From Oscillospiraceae bacterium (lineage in GTDB: Bacteria > Bacillota > Clostridia > Oscillospirales > Oscillospiraceae), in the NCBI GenBank assembly GCA_963667545.2, contig OY763424.2, positions 780,240 through 844,239 on the forward strand: 64,000 bases of DNA, written 5' to 3'. Below are positions 1 through 8,908 of this stretch, piece by piece; within the stretch, counting starts at the first letter, position 1; the number at the start of each line of letters is the position of its first letter. Below the pieces are notes generated by a model, which made no database searches, was not told where the DNA came from, and was given only the letters and a program-made list of their open reading frames with translations. The translations under genes and the position numbers were made by a program.

Positions 1-636
1 GCTATGCTTGGAATTTCGCTTGACACTATAACTACCGTACTGGGCTACTATTCGATGATATTTTCGTTTGTAGCCCTCTGCGGTGCTATACAGGCAATGA
101 ATTACGGCCTGTCGGCGCTTTCAAAGGAGTCGCGGGAACGCACGGCGGATTTTCTGCTCGTGAAGCCCGTTTCGCGGAGTGCTATCGTCACATCAAAGCT
201 TCTTGCGGCACTCACCATGATAACAGCAACCGATGTGCTTTATTTCGCGGGCGCTTTAATAACCGCCAACCTTGTGAAAACAAGCGATTACAGCTTCAAA
301 CTGTTTTTTATGGTTAGTCTTACACTGCTTTTCATCCAGCTTATATTTTTTGCGCTAGGCGTGCTAATATCGCTGTTCTTCAAAAAACTCAGATCCGTGC
401 TTCCAATCTCGCTCGGCGTTGTGTTCGGACTGTATATTCTCGGAGCTGTCCTTGTGAAAAATCCAAACGACGCGGCGCGATATATATCACCGTTTCAATA
501 TTTCAATATAGGCTATATTCTTAATCACGCAGGTTATGAAACGTCCTATTCGATTGCCGGCGCCGTAATCGTTGCGGTAACAATCGCTGCAAGCTATGTC
601 ATCTATGTGAGAAAGGATATACACGCAGTAAGCTGA
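1..636 (+). CDS. ABC-2 type transporter permease, 5'-partial (reading frame is open to the window edge)
   Basis: Polytopic hydrophobic protein. It is paralogous in layout to the next ORF (conserved KPVSR motif after TM2, ...SPF.YF... near the C-terminus). Frame 1 is open from nt 1. Confidence 0.6.
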   Translation, partial: AMLGISLDTITTVLGYYSMIFSFVALCGAIQAMNYGLSALSKESRERTADFLLVKPVSRSAIVTSKLLAALTMITATDVLYFAGALITANLVKTSDYSFKLFFMVSLTLLFIQLIFFALGVLISLFFKKLRSVLPISLGVVFGLYILGAVLVKNPNDAARYISPFQYFNIGYILNHAGYETSYSIAGAVIVAVTIAASYVIYVRKDIHAVS

Positions 637-668
637 TTAGCTTCGGGTGCGTTATAGGAGGTTCGATT

Positions 669-1463
669 GTGAATATATTTATACGGGAACTGCGGGCAAA
701 CAGAAAAGCCCTGATAATTTGGAGCGTATGCATGTTTCTGCTGGTTCTGAGCGGCATGGCAAAGTATACGGCCTATTCGTCGGGCGATCAGTCCGCCGCG
801 ATTTTTAACGAAATGCCGTATTCGGTCAAGGCTCTTCTGGGTATGGGCAGCTTTGATGTAACAACTATGTCCGGCTATTTTGGTATGCTGTTTCTCTATA
901 TAGAGCTCACGGTGGCTATACACGCTGCACTTCTCGGCGCTAACATCATAGCCAAGGAGGAGCGGGACAAGACAACGGAATTTTTAATGATTAAGCCTGT
1001 TTCCAGAAAGACGATTATCACATCAAAGCTGCTGGCGGGTCTCGTCAATGTCGCCGTTGTGAATGTCGTAACGATGGCGTCTTCCGTTGCAATGGTTTCC
1101 GCTTACAACAAGGGACCTGACATCACAGGGGAAATAATACTGTTTATGATGAGCATGTTCATCGTCCAGCTCATCTTTCTGTTCCTCGGAGCGGCACTCG
1201 CCTCTTTTACAAAAAACTCCAAGTCCTCGGGCTCTCTTACAATGGGACTGCTTCTGCTGGCGTTTATTATTTCGAAAATTACCGATCTGACAGATAAGCT
1301 GAACGCCCTTAATATACTTTCTCCCTTCAAGTATTTCAGCTATGCTGATTTAGCGGACGGAAAGGGCCTAAATGCAGTTATTGTAATACTATCCGTTTTG
1401 CTTATTACCGCTCTTGCGGCCTCGTCCTATATCTTTTATCCGAAAAGGGACCTCAGCGTCTGA
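669..1463 (+). CDS. ABC-2 type transporter permease
   Basis: 264-aa six-TM-like protein with a GTG start 8 nt after AGGAGG (655-660). Shares motifs with the upstream paralog (IKPVSRKTIITSKLLA, LSPFKYF). Confidence 0.65.
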   Translation: MNIFIRELRANRKALIIWSVCMFLLVLSGMAKYTAYSSGDQSAAIFNEMPYSVKALLGMGSFDVTTMSGYFGMLFLYIELTVAIHAALLGANIIAKEERDKTTEFLMIKPVSRKTIITSKLLAGLVNVAVVNVVTMASSVAMVSAYNKGPDITGEIILFMMSMFIVQLIFLFLGAALASFTKNSKSSGSLTMGLLLLAFIISKITDLTDKLNALNILSPFKYFSYADLADGKGLNAVIVILSVLLITALAASSYIFYPKRDLSV

Positions 1464-1485
1464 CTTCTGAAAAGCATAAATAAAC

Positions 1486-1518
1486 GGCGCGGAACGACAA
1501 CTTTCATCGTTCCGCGCC
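1486..1518. terminator. Stem-loop between convergent genes (bidirectional terminator candidate)
   Basis: GGCGCGGAACGA - 9-nt loop - TCGTTCCGCGCC, a 12-bp perfect stem followed by TTATT. Confidence 0.6.
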
Positions 1519-1564
1519 TTATTCATGCCGGTCCCAATCAGTCTGCATTGATTCAAAACGAAAA

Positions 1565-2182
1565 CTAATCGGATAGACCCGCGCGGGATTTTTTCAAAAA
1601 CTGCGCTATGTTTTCCTCTTCGTTTTTTCTGTTAAAGTCCTTTCTTCCAAGCCTGTCGCAAAGGCCGAGCAAAGCAATCTCATTAATATCGGTGTTTTTC
1701 TCCATGCCGGCTATATCTGCAAAGGGCATATCGTTCACAACAAAGAGTATCTGCATATGGTACCTGACCAGCTGCGACACCTCATTTATAAACTTGTCGT
1801 CCTGCGTAAATACCGATAAAAACGCTCTTGACAGTCCCTGCCCTGCCTTGTCGTGGTCATAGGCTGTTATTCTGCCTTTTCTCACCTGAGTGGTCGAAGC
1901 CTTTCCAATGTCGTGAAGTAACGCAGCCCACATAAAAGCAGCCTGATTTTTGCTTTTGCTTTTTTGTTTTGCCGCCTCATCCACAACTAATAGTGTATGA
2001 TTCCAAACATTGCCCTCGGGGTGGTGTATGGGCGACTGCTCAACATTTTTGAGGCAAAACAGCATCTCAAAAGGATACTCCGAGAATAAGCTGTTATTAT
2101 ATACGGCATTCAGAAAGACGGAGGGCTTTTCGTCTTCAAGCAGATGCTTGTTAATTTCCTTAAACAGTTCAAAAGCTGTCAT
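1565..2182 (-). CDS. HD-domain phosphohydrolase family protein
   Basis: HHPEGNVWNHTL ... LLHDIGK ... YDHD motifs (H...HD...D metal ligands). RBS GAGGAA precedes the ATG at 2182. Confidence 0.75.
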   Translation of the reverse strand: MTAFELFKEINKHLLEDEKPSVFLNAVYNNSLFSEYPFEMLFCLKNVEQSPIHHPEGNVWNHTLLVVDEAAKQKSKSKNQAAFMWAALLHDIGKASTTQVRKGRITAYDHDKAGQGLSRAFLSVFTQDDKFINEVSQLVRYHMQILFVVNDMPFADIAGMEKNTDINEIALLGLCDRLGRKDFNRKNEEENIAQFLKKSRAGLSD

Positions 2183-2357
2183 TTGTTCCTCTTTTCCGGA
2201 TATTGCTTAGTAATCAGCTACAGTGTACGGCAAGAACCGACTGCCGTCAATGATAGCTTAACACGGTATGACCGAATAAATCCGTCCCTGCAGAGTCTGA
2301 GTTGAAAGCCATTTCATCGCTTCCTTTTCCATATAGTTACGGTCCGTCGGTTCCTGT

Positions 2358-3347
2358 TTAGACAGAATACAGCCTCTCGATAAGCTCAATATGTTCCCTC
2401 ATTTGTTTTACAACACCTTCCGGAGCTATAAGCTTAACCCCGTTCCCGAAGCCACAGAGCCAGCCGAAAAACTGCGGGGAAACAGCCACCTCCGTGCGTA
2501 TGCGAAAGTGCCTGTCATCTGCGGGCACGACGCTTACATCTTTGCCGAAGCGGTCAATTACAGCGCCGACCAGATTATTCGTAAATTCCAGCTCGACCCG
2601 TTCCTCTTGACCGGTAAACATTCCGAAATGTGTTCTGGAATAGGCGGCCAAATCGAGGTTTTCAAAGCTCTCGCGTCCGTCTCTTTTTTCACCGGTGACA
2701 GCAATTTCCGCCAGCTTGTCGACGCGAAAATGCTTTATGATTCCGGCAGCGCTGTCGAAGCCGAGCATGTAATAGTTTTCATCGTCCCAGGTCAGCGCGA
2801 AGGGACTCACGCAATAGGTGGCACCGCCGTGCCTGAAAACTTTGTCCTTATTAGTGGAGTAATCAAAATATTTGAAGCTGATTTTGCTGTCCGTGGCTAT
2901 TCCGTTATGTATCTCGTCGACATTGTAATAAATCGACTCGTTCATGTTCTTGATACGGTTTTTTACATAGACCTGACGGTGGAGAAGCTGCGCCTCATAA
3001 ACGCTCGCAAGACCTTCAATTTTTTTAATTAGCGCAAGCGTCTTTTTCTGAGTGATGAATTTGGAGGACTGTACGCTGTCCACAAGGAGCTTGAGTTCGG
3101 GCAGCTCAAAATCGCGGCTTGCAACATAGTATCCGCCGTTCGCTCCGCGCTGCTGTATTATATCCATACCGAATAATCTAAGCGACTCGATGTCCGAGTA
3201 TATGCTTTTGCGCTCGGCGGAGACGGCGTTTGACTCCAGATGCGCAATTATTTCGCTCACCGGTATGGGATGTCCTTCGTCGGATTCTTCAAGCAGCAGC
3301 CGCATGATGTACAGGAGCTTTAGCTTCTGGTTCGGGCTTTTTGGCAT
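2358..3347 (-). CDS. WYL-domain transcriptional regulator (N-terminal wHTH, central WYL, C-terminal extension)
   Basis: The N-terminus KLKLLYIMRLLLEESDEGHPIPVSEIIAHL is typical of the HTH_11/YafY family, followed by a WYL-like core (YCVSPFALTWDDENYYMLG). I prefer the ATG at 3347 (GGAGGA RBS 8 nt upstream) over the ORF-track start at 3392. Confidence 0.8.
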   Translation of the reverse strand: MPKSPNQKLKLLYIMRLLLEESDEGHPIPVSEIIAHLESNAVSAERKSIYSDIESLRLFGMDIIQQRGANGGYYVASRDFELPELKLLVDSVQSSKFITQKKTLALIKKIEGLASVYEAQLLHRQVYVKNRIKNMNESIYYNVDEIHNGIATDSKISFKYFDYSTNKDKVFRHGGATYCVSPFALTWDDENYYMLGFDSAAGIIKHFRVDKLAEIAVTGEKRDGRESFENLDLAAYSRTHFGMFTGQEERVELEFTNNLVGAVIDRFGKDVSVVPADDRHFRIRTEVAVSPQFFGWLCGFGNGVKLIAPEGVVKQMREHIELIERLYSV

Positions 3348-3361
3348 ACTCGGGTCCTCCC

Positions 3362-3784
3362 TTATTCGAAATATGCGTCGTGATGAGTCCAATTTATAGG
3401 ACAGTCATAGTATAAGCCAAGGAATGAAAATTGACAAGGCTTTGTCGCTGTGACATTAAGCACGCGTTTTTTTCTTCCGATTTTCCGCCCGATAAGCCAC
3501 GCGGAATACACCGTTTCGGCAAATGTAATCAGCCAGAAATACCACAAGCCTTCGAGATTGAGGTCTATAAACAGGCTGGTAAGGCACAAAACGGGCGAAA
3601 TGACCGCAATAAAAGCAAGTGCCGCAATGAATATCAGTAAGCAAAGTATTTCGGACTTTGAGACCGTCACGCCTGATTTATAGCTGTTTCTATCTGAGGA
3701 AAACGAATTCTCAGGCTTTGGTGAAATATATTCCACGAACGGCGCAACAAGCGCTTTAAGTAAACTGACAGCATTTTTTCTCAT
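3362..3784 (-). CDS. Hypothetical small membrane protein (about 2 TM), immediately upstream of the WYL regulator
   Basis: 140-aa ORF with hydrophobic segments ILCLLIFIAALAFIAVISPVLCLTSLF and LWYFWLITFAETVYSAWLIG. ATG at 3784 is preceded by GGGTGGGA. The stop lies 14 nt before the WYL gene start. No family recognised. Confidence 0.45.
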   Translation of the reverse strand: MRKNAVSLLKALVAPFVEYISPKPENSFSSDRNSYKSGVTVSKSEILCLLIFIAALAFIAVISPVLCLTSLFIDLNLEGLWYFWLITFAETVYSAWLIGRKIGRKKRVLNVTATKPCQFSFLGLYYDCPINWTHHDAYFE

Positions 3785-3901
3785 AAAAAATCCCACCCTT
3801 AATTTCTTTATGGTGAGATTATATCTTAGCGTGTGTCCCAAATAACGGACTCACACACACAAATATGGGGGATGTTTATCTGTCTGGCAGGTTTTGAACG
3901 C

Positions 3902-4711
3902 TCAGTCTTTTTTGGGATTCATGCTTCCCATTTTATACCCTTCAAGGTCAAGTGAAACATACCGGAAGCCGAGCTCCCTGAATTTTTCGGTAAGCTTCGC
4001 TCTGAAATCCGCCTGAGCGATTTTTTCAATATTCTCCGGCGGCACTTCTATCCGCGCGAGATCGCCGTGGACGCGGACGCGCATTTGCCGAAAACCGTTT
4101 TCCATAAGAAAACCCTCGGCTTTTTCAATCATCCGCAGCTTTTCCTCGGTTATGGATTCTCCGCGAACTATGCGGGAGGCAAGACAGGCATAGGCGGGCT
4201 TGTCCCAGGTCGGCAAATTGAGCCGTTTTGACAGAGCGCGTATCTCGTCCTTTGTGAGCCCTGCTTCAAGCAGGGGACTTAAAACTCCGTTTTCCAAAAC
4301 AGCTTTACGCCCCGGACGAAAATCGCCCAGATCGTCGACATTGGAACCCTCCGCAATCTGAGTAATGCCGAGTTTTCCGGCCTCCTCGATAATGCGCGAC
4401 AGGACGTTCCGTTTGCAGTAATAGCAGCGGTCGGCGGGATTTGTCACGAATTCAGGCGTTTCCAGCTCGTTTATCTCGCAGACGACCTGACGAATTCCCT
4501 CCGCCTTACAGAAATCCTTTGCATCCTTAAGCTCGAAAGCCGGAACGGAGCGCTGGGCGGCGGTGAACGCCGTAACGTTGTCGCCCAGCTCGTCATGCGC
4601 TATCTTAAGCAGGAGAGTGGAATCGACGCCGCCGGAGAAGGCTATTCCGAGCTTGCCGTAATCCTTTATAATCTTTTTGAGAATATCATATTTTTCTTCC
4701 AAAGAAGCCAT
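3902..4711 (-). CDS. larE: LarE, ATP-dependent sulfur transferase for nickel-pincer nucleotide cofactor biosynthesis (PP-loop ATP pyrophosphatase family)
   Basis: PP-loop SGGVDS, CYYCK and PAYACLASR motifs. The length and gene order larB-larC-larE fit. ATG at 4711 has an AAAGGA RBS (the ORF-track TTG at 4729 is less likely). Confidence 0.85.
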   Translation of the reverse strand: MASLEEKYDILKKIIKDYGKLGIAFSGGVDSTLLLKIAHDELGDNVTAFTAAQRSVPAFELKDAKDFCKAEGIRQVVCEINELETPEFVTNPADRCYYCKRNVLSRIIEEAGKLGITQIAEGSNVDDLGDFRPGRKAVLENGVLSPLLEAGLTKDEIRALSKRLNLPTWDKPAYACLASRIVRGESITEEKLRMIEKAEGFLMENGFRQMRVRVHGDLARIEVPPENIEKIAQADFRAKLTEKFRELGFRYVSLDLEGYKMGSMNPKKD

Positions 4712-4742
4712 AGTGTGTTGTCCTTTCAATTGCCCGAAATAT

Positions 4743-5945
4743 TTACAGCCTAATAAGCTCCGCCGCCTGAGCCAGAGTCAGGCCGTTTTCACGCGCGATT
4801 CTCGCGATATCCTCATATTCCGGCTTGGAGCTTCCGCCGGCGGTTTTTATCCTGACGGAGCCATAGGGTGTCCCGACTGTTTCGGCTGTACGCGGCAGTA
4901 CTTCACGGCGAAAACGGGAAATCCGAACTCCCAGACTGGTGGTGTGCCTGAGCATGAGCTCTGAGAGCCTTTTCGTATCCTCGCATTTGCACAGACAGCA
5001 CAGCATCACGCCCGGACGGGATTTTTTCATTCCTATCGGAACATAAAAAACGTCCAGCGCGCCGCAAGACAAAAGAAGCTCCATAGCAAAGCCGATGGCC
5101 TCGCCGGTCATGTCGTCCAGATTGCAGCAAATTTCCTCAATTGTCTCGGAAGAAGCCTCCGTTTCGCCGACAAAAGCTCTGACACAGTTCGCCGCAGGAA
5201 AAACTTTTGTTCCTATGCCGTAGCCCACGGAGCTCACCGCCATTTCCGGCTGAGATCCGAATTTTTTAACAAAATGCCTCAAAAGCGCGGCTCCGGTCGG
5301 AGTACAGAGCTCGCCCTTGATTTCGCCTGCATAAGTGGGTATGCCCATAAGGAGCTCGGCTGTCGCGGGAGCGGGAACCGGCAGAAGCCCGTGTGCGCAG
5401 CTGACCTGTCCGCTCCCGACATGGACAGCGGAGGCGCAAATCTCCTCCGGAGCAAGCCTTTCAATCAGCATACAGAACGCCGTAACGTCGGCTACGGCGT
5501 CAAGCGAGCCAAGCTCATGAAAATGGACTTCCCCGAGCGGTCTGTTATGAACCTTTGCCTCCGCCTCGGCAATGGAGCGGTATATACTTACAGCATCCGC
5601 GCGTATTTTTTCGGAAAGCGGCAGGTCGTTAATAAGCTGTAAAACCTCATCGAGGCATCTTTGCCCATGCCCAGGCTCGGAGTCATGACAGTGCTCGCGG
5701 GCGTTTTCGTGATGTTCCGTATGCCCGCTGTCGCAGGCCTCCTCATGGCCGTTTACATGGATATGGACGTGAAGGCCGTGTATACCGCAGGTCTCTGCCT
5801 CCTCGAGCGTCATTTCAACGCCGGGAAGGCCGAGAGCGTTGAATTCCGCGACAAAAGCCCCACGCTCGGCAATACAATCAAGCAGGGCGGCGCAGAGCAT
5901 ATCGCCCGCGGCGCCCATGCCGCAGTCTAAATACAATGTTTTCAT
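4743..5945 (-). CDS. larC: LarC, nickel insertion (CTP-dependent cyclometallase) protein, single-polypeptide form
   Basis: The N-terminus MKTLYLDCGMGAAGDMLCAALLD is typical of the LarC/UPF0272 family. A His-rich Ni-binding stretch HVHIHVNGHEEACDSGHTEHHENAREHCHDSEPGHG is present. The start overlaps the larB stop (ATGA). Confidence 0.85.
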   Translation of the reverse strand: MKTLYLDCGMGAAGDMLCAALLDCIAERGAFVAEFNALGLPGVEMTLEEAETCGIHGLHVHIHVNGHEEACDSGHTEHHENAREHCHDSEPGHGQRCLDEVLQLINDLPLSEKIRADAVSIYRSIAEAEAKVHNRPLGEVHFHELGSLDAVADVTAFCMLIERLAPEEICASAVHVGSGQVSCAHGLLPVPAPATAELLMGIPTYAGEIKGELCTPTGAALLRHFVKKFGSQPEMAVSSVGYGIGTKVFPAANCVRAFVGETEASSETIEEICCNLDDMTGEAIGFAMELLLSCGALDVFYVPIGMKKSRPGVMLCCLCKCEDTKRLSELMLRHTTSLGVRISRFRREVLPRTAETVGTPYGSVRIKTAGGSSKPEYEDIARIARENGLTLAQAAELIRL

Positions 5946-6700
5946 TTATTGCCCCCAATATGGTTTATCATGCTCGCGAGATATCCCGCGCCGAAGCCGT
6001 TGTCAATATTTACGACACTTACGCCGCTTGCGCAGGAATTGAGCATCGAAAGCAGAGCCGCGAGCCCGCCGAAGGACGCTCCGTAGCCGACACTGGTCGG
6101 AACTGCAATGACGGGGCAGTCGGCTATTCCGCCTATTACGCTTGCTAAAGCGCCCTCCATACCGGCGACTGCGATTATAACGCTTGCGCTCATGATTTCC
6201 TTCGTAAAGGAAAAAAGACGGTGAACACCTGAAACGCCTACGTCATAGAGCCTGAAAACCTCGCTGCCCAGCGCTTCGGCTGTCAGAGCCGCCTCCTCTG
6301 CGACAGGAATATCGCTGGTGCCGCCCGTAGCTATTATGATTCTGCCGTTCCCGCCGGGCGCGGGAATATCTCCGACGATTCCAACCTTTGCCTCAGGATG
6401 ATAATCAAGAGGATAGCTCTTCGCGACAAGCCCGGCCGCGTGAGAATCAAGGCGGGTTATCAGAATTGTCTTCTGTCCGGCAAGACGCATTGACTCGACT
6501 ATACCGCATATTTGCTCCGGAGTTTTGCCTCCGCCGTAAATCACTTCGGAAATGCCCTGACGGATAGCGCGGTGATGATCCACCTTGGCATAGCCAAGAT
6601 CATCGAAGGGCGTGAGCTTCAGCTCCAGCATGGCGCTCTCCGCGCTCAGACTGCCGTTTTCAACCTGATGCAATATTTCGGCAATACGATCCTTATCCAT
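5942..6700 (-). CDS. larB: LarB, NaAD carboxylase/hydrolase (PurE-like) for NPN cofactor biosynthesis
   Basis: N-terminal helical region (ILHQVENGSLSAESAMLELK...DLGYAKVDHHRAIRQGISEVIYGGGKT) followed by an AIR-carboxylase-like C-terminal domain. ATG at 6700 has an AGGAG RBS, so the ORF-track extension to 6757 is unlikely. Confidence 0.85.
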   Translation of the reverse strand: MDKDRIAEILHQVENGSLSAESAMLELKLTPFDDLGYAKVDHHRAIRQGISEVIYGGGKTPEQICGIVESMRLAGQKTILITRLDSHAAGLVAKSYPLDYHPEAKVGIVGDIPAPGGNGRIIIATGGTSDIPVAEEAALTAEALGSEVFRLYDVGVSGVHRLFSFTKEIMSASVIIAVAGMEGALASVIGGIADCPVIAVPTSVGYGASFGGLAALLSMLNSCASGVSVVNIDNGFGAGYLASMINHIGGNK

Positions 6701-7010
6701 AGCAGCTCCTATCCTGTAGTATCTTTTATAAACACGGCGGACGAATTTTTGAGGCATTGATGTCTCTTTGCGTGTTTAATTTTACGTGGATACACAAAAA
6801 TTTCTTCTCTAAGTGTAGCATATTTTCAGCTATAAATACATTCCTTTTTTGAATATCGGACGCATTTTGCGCCTACCGGACAAGTTTTCAAATAATCGCA
6901 TGCATGACTTTTGTAAAGTTTTACTTTTTGACACATTGACTAGCCCCGCAATTTGTGTAAGAATGTAAAAAAACACTGCTCAGGCACGATATAAAGAGAG
7001 GAAAAACAAA

Positions 7011-7838
7011 ATGAACAGCAACGTTACGCGCTCAAACGTTGAAATTATAAGCCAATGGGATAGGGACAAATTTAACATCCGCTATGCGCTTTTTGACTTC
7101 GACGGTACAATCAGTCTGATCAGAGAGGGCTGGCAGGATATCATGATTCCGTATTTCTGCGAGCTGCTCAAAGAAACAGGTACATCAGAAACGGACGAGG
7201 AGATTATACAGACGGTTCGCCGCTTTGTCACTGACCTAACCGGGAAACAGACGATTTTTCAGTGCATCCGCCTGAATGAGGAGATTGAAAAGCGCGGCGG
7301 CAGGCAGCAGGAACCTATCGTTTTTAAGAGAGAGTATCTGCGCCGCTTGGATTTGCGCATTAAGGAGCGCAAGGAAGCTTTGGCCTCCGGCACCCTCGAA
7401 CCGGAAGCGTGGCTGGTGCCCGGAAGCAGGCAGTTCCTTGAGCTGTTGCAGTCCCACGGCATAAAATGCTATCTTGCCAGCGGCACGGACGAAGAGGACG
7501 TGCTGTATGAAGCAAAGCTGCTGGGGCTTGAAAACGCGTTTGAGGGCGGTATTCATGGTGCGCATGAAGCGATGACCGAGTGCTCCAAAGAGCTTGTTAT
7601 ACACAGTATGCTCGAAAACGAGCACATCCGTCCGGAGGAGCTTGTGTCGTTCGGTGACGGCTATGTGGAGGTCGAACTGGTGGCGCAGCTCGGCGGCCTT
7701 GCCATCGGTGCGGCCACTGAGGAAGCTAAGCGCGAGGGCGTGAACGAGTGGAAGCGCAGCCGCCTTATAGCTGCCGGCGCGTATGCAGTCATCCCCGACT
7801 TCCGCGAAGCCGAAGCCGTATACGAGCTAATTAAGTAA
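7011..7838 (+). CDS. HAD-superfamily hydrolase (probable sugar-phosphate phosphatase)
   Basis: HAD motif I FDFDGT, motif II-like ASGT, motif IV-like GDGYVE. An RBS-like GAGAGGAAAAA is upstream. Confidence 0.8.
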   Translation: MNSNVTRSNVEIISQWDRDKFNIRYALFDFDGTISLIREGWQDIMIPYFCELLKETGTSETDEEIIQTVRRFVTDLTGKQTIFQCIRLNEEIEKRGGRQQEPIVFKREYLRRLDLRIKERKEALASGTLEPEAWLVPGSRQFLELLQSHGIKCYLASGTDEEDVLYEAKLLGLENAFEGGIHGAHEAMTECSKELVIHSMLENEHIRPEELVSFGDGYVEVELVAQLGGLAIGAATEEAKREGVNEWKRSRLIAAGAYAVIPDFREAEAVYELIK

Positions 7839-7895
7839 TTAAAAAACAGTTCGACGCCGCCTTTGCCCCGCCGGATATAAAAAGGAGATATAAAT

Positions 7896-8879
7896 ATGCC
7901 GTTTGCACAGTTTGACCGTTCACAGCTTGAAATTTTGCCGCTCGACAGACGCATTCACGATGTCGATTTGGCAAAGGTGTTGAAGAATGTTAATGACGAG
8001 ATACCGGAGTTCGACCATCCGGCCTTGCCGATACTGGCGGACGCCGTCGTTAAGGCACGCCGCGACTATGATGCGACAGTGCTCATGATGTACGGCGCGC
8101 ATGTTATCCGCACAGGCAATGCCATGTTCATGATAGAGCTCATGAAGCGCGGACTTGTGACGCATTTTGCCACAAACGGCGCGGGCTCCATCCACGATTT
8201 TGAACTGGCAATGATAGGACAGACCTGTGAGAGCGTTGCAAAATACATAAGCGAAGGTCAGTTTGGCATGTGGCAGGAAACAGGCCTGTTAAACGAGGCC
8301 ATAAAGGCCGGAGCCAAGGAAGGCCTAGGCTGGGGCGAGGCCGTGGGCAAATACATTTGGGAGAACAACTTTAAATACCGCGAAAAAAGCGTGCTGGCCA
8401 TGGGCTATCACCTTCAGGTGCCGTGCACCGTGCACATAGGTATAGGAAACGACATCATACATGAGCATCCGAACTGCGACGGCGCGGCTATGGGAGCCTG
8501 CTCCTACACAGACTTCCTCATTTACGCTCAGAGCATTACAAAGCTTCAGCACGGCGTATTTCTGAATTTCGGCTCAGCCGTAGCGGGACCGGAGGTCTAT
8601 CTCAAGGCGCTTGCAATGGCGCGCAACGTGGCTCGTCAGCGCGGAGAAAAGATAGTCGATTTCAACACGGCAGTATTCGACCTCATGCCGATTGACGACA
8701 GTGACAACTATGACACCACCCCGCCCAAGACGGACCCACGCTATTATTTCCGTCCGTGGAAGACAATACTTGCGCGCACGGTTGCCGATGGCGGACACAG
8801 CTGCTATGTGTGCGGTGAGCACAGCAAGACGCTTCCAAATTTGGCGCGGCGCATTCTTACTCTTGACGACGCGCGCTGA
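7896..8879 (+). CDS. Deoxyhypusine synthase-like (DS family fold) protein, function unknown
   Basis: By-eye alignment to the DHS core. [40 protein letters not shown] matches (I)FLGYTSNLISSG...[36 protein letters not shown] matches [29 protein letters not shown] matches GMIILGGGVVKH. Strong RBS AAAGGAG. Confidence 0.5.
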   Translation: [327 protein letters not shown]

Positions 8880-8908
8880 GCGCGGACGGTATTACGGAGG
8901 GCAGACAC

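Noticed and set aside
2391-3032. 213-aa plus-strand ORF inside the WYL regulator gene
   Set aside because: It is antisense to a well-supported regulator. It has no RBS and its composition is atypical.
7896-8879. Possibility that this ORF is the missing LarA
   Set aside because: At 327 aa it is too short. It does not show the LarA/DUF2088 layout as I recall it from the L. plantarum protein (for example the SDHTRP region or the conserved His/Lys Ni-pincer-tethering residues). It aligns instead with the deoxyhypusine synthase fold.
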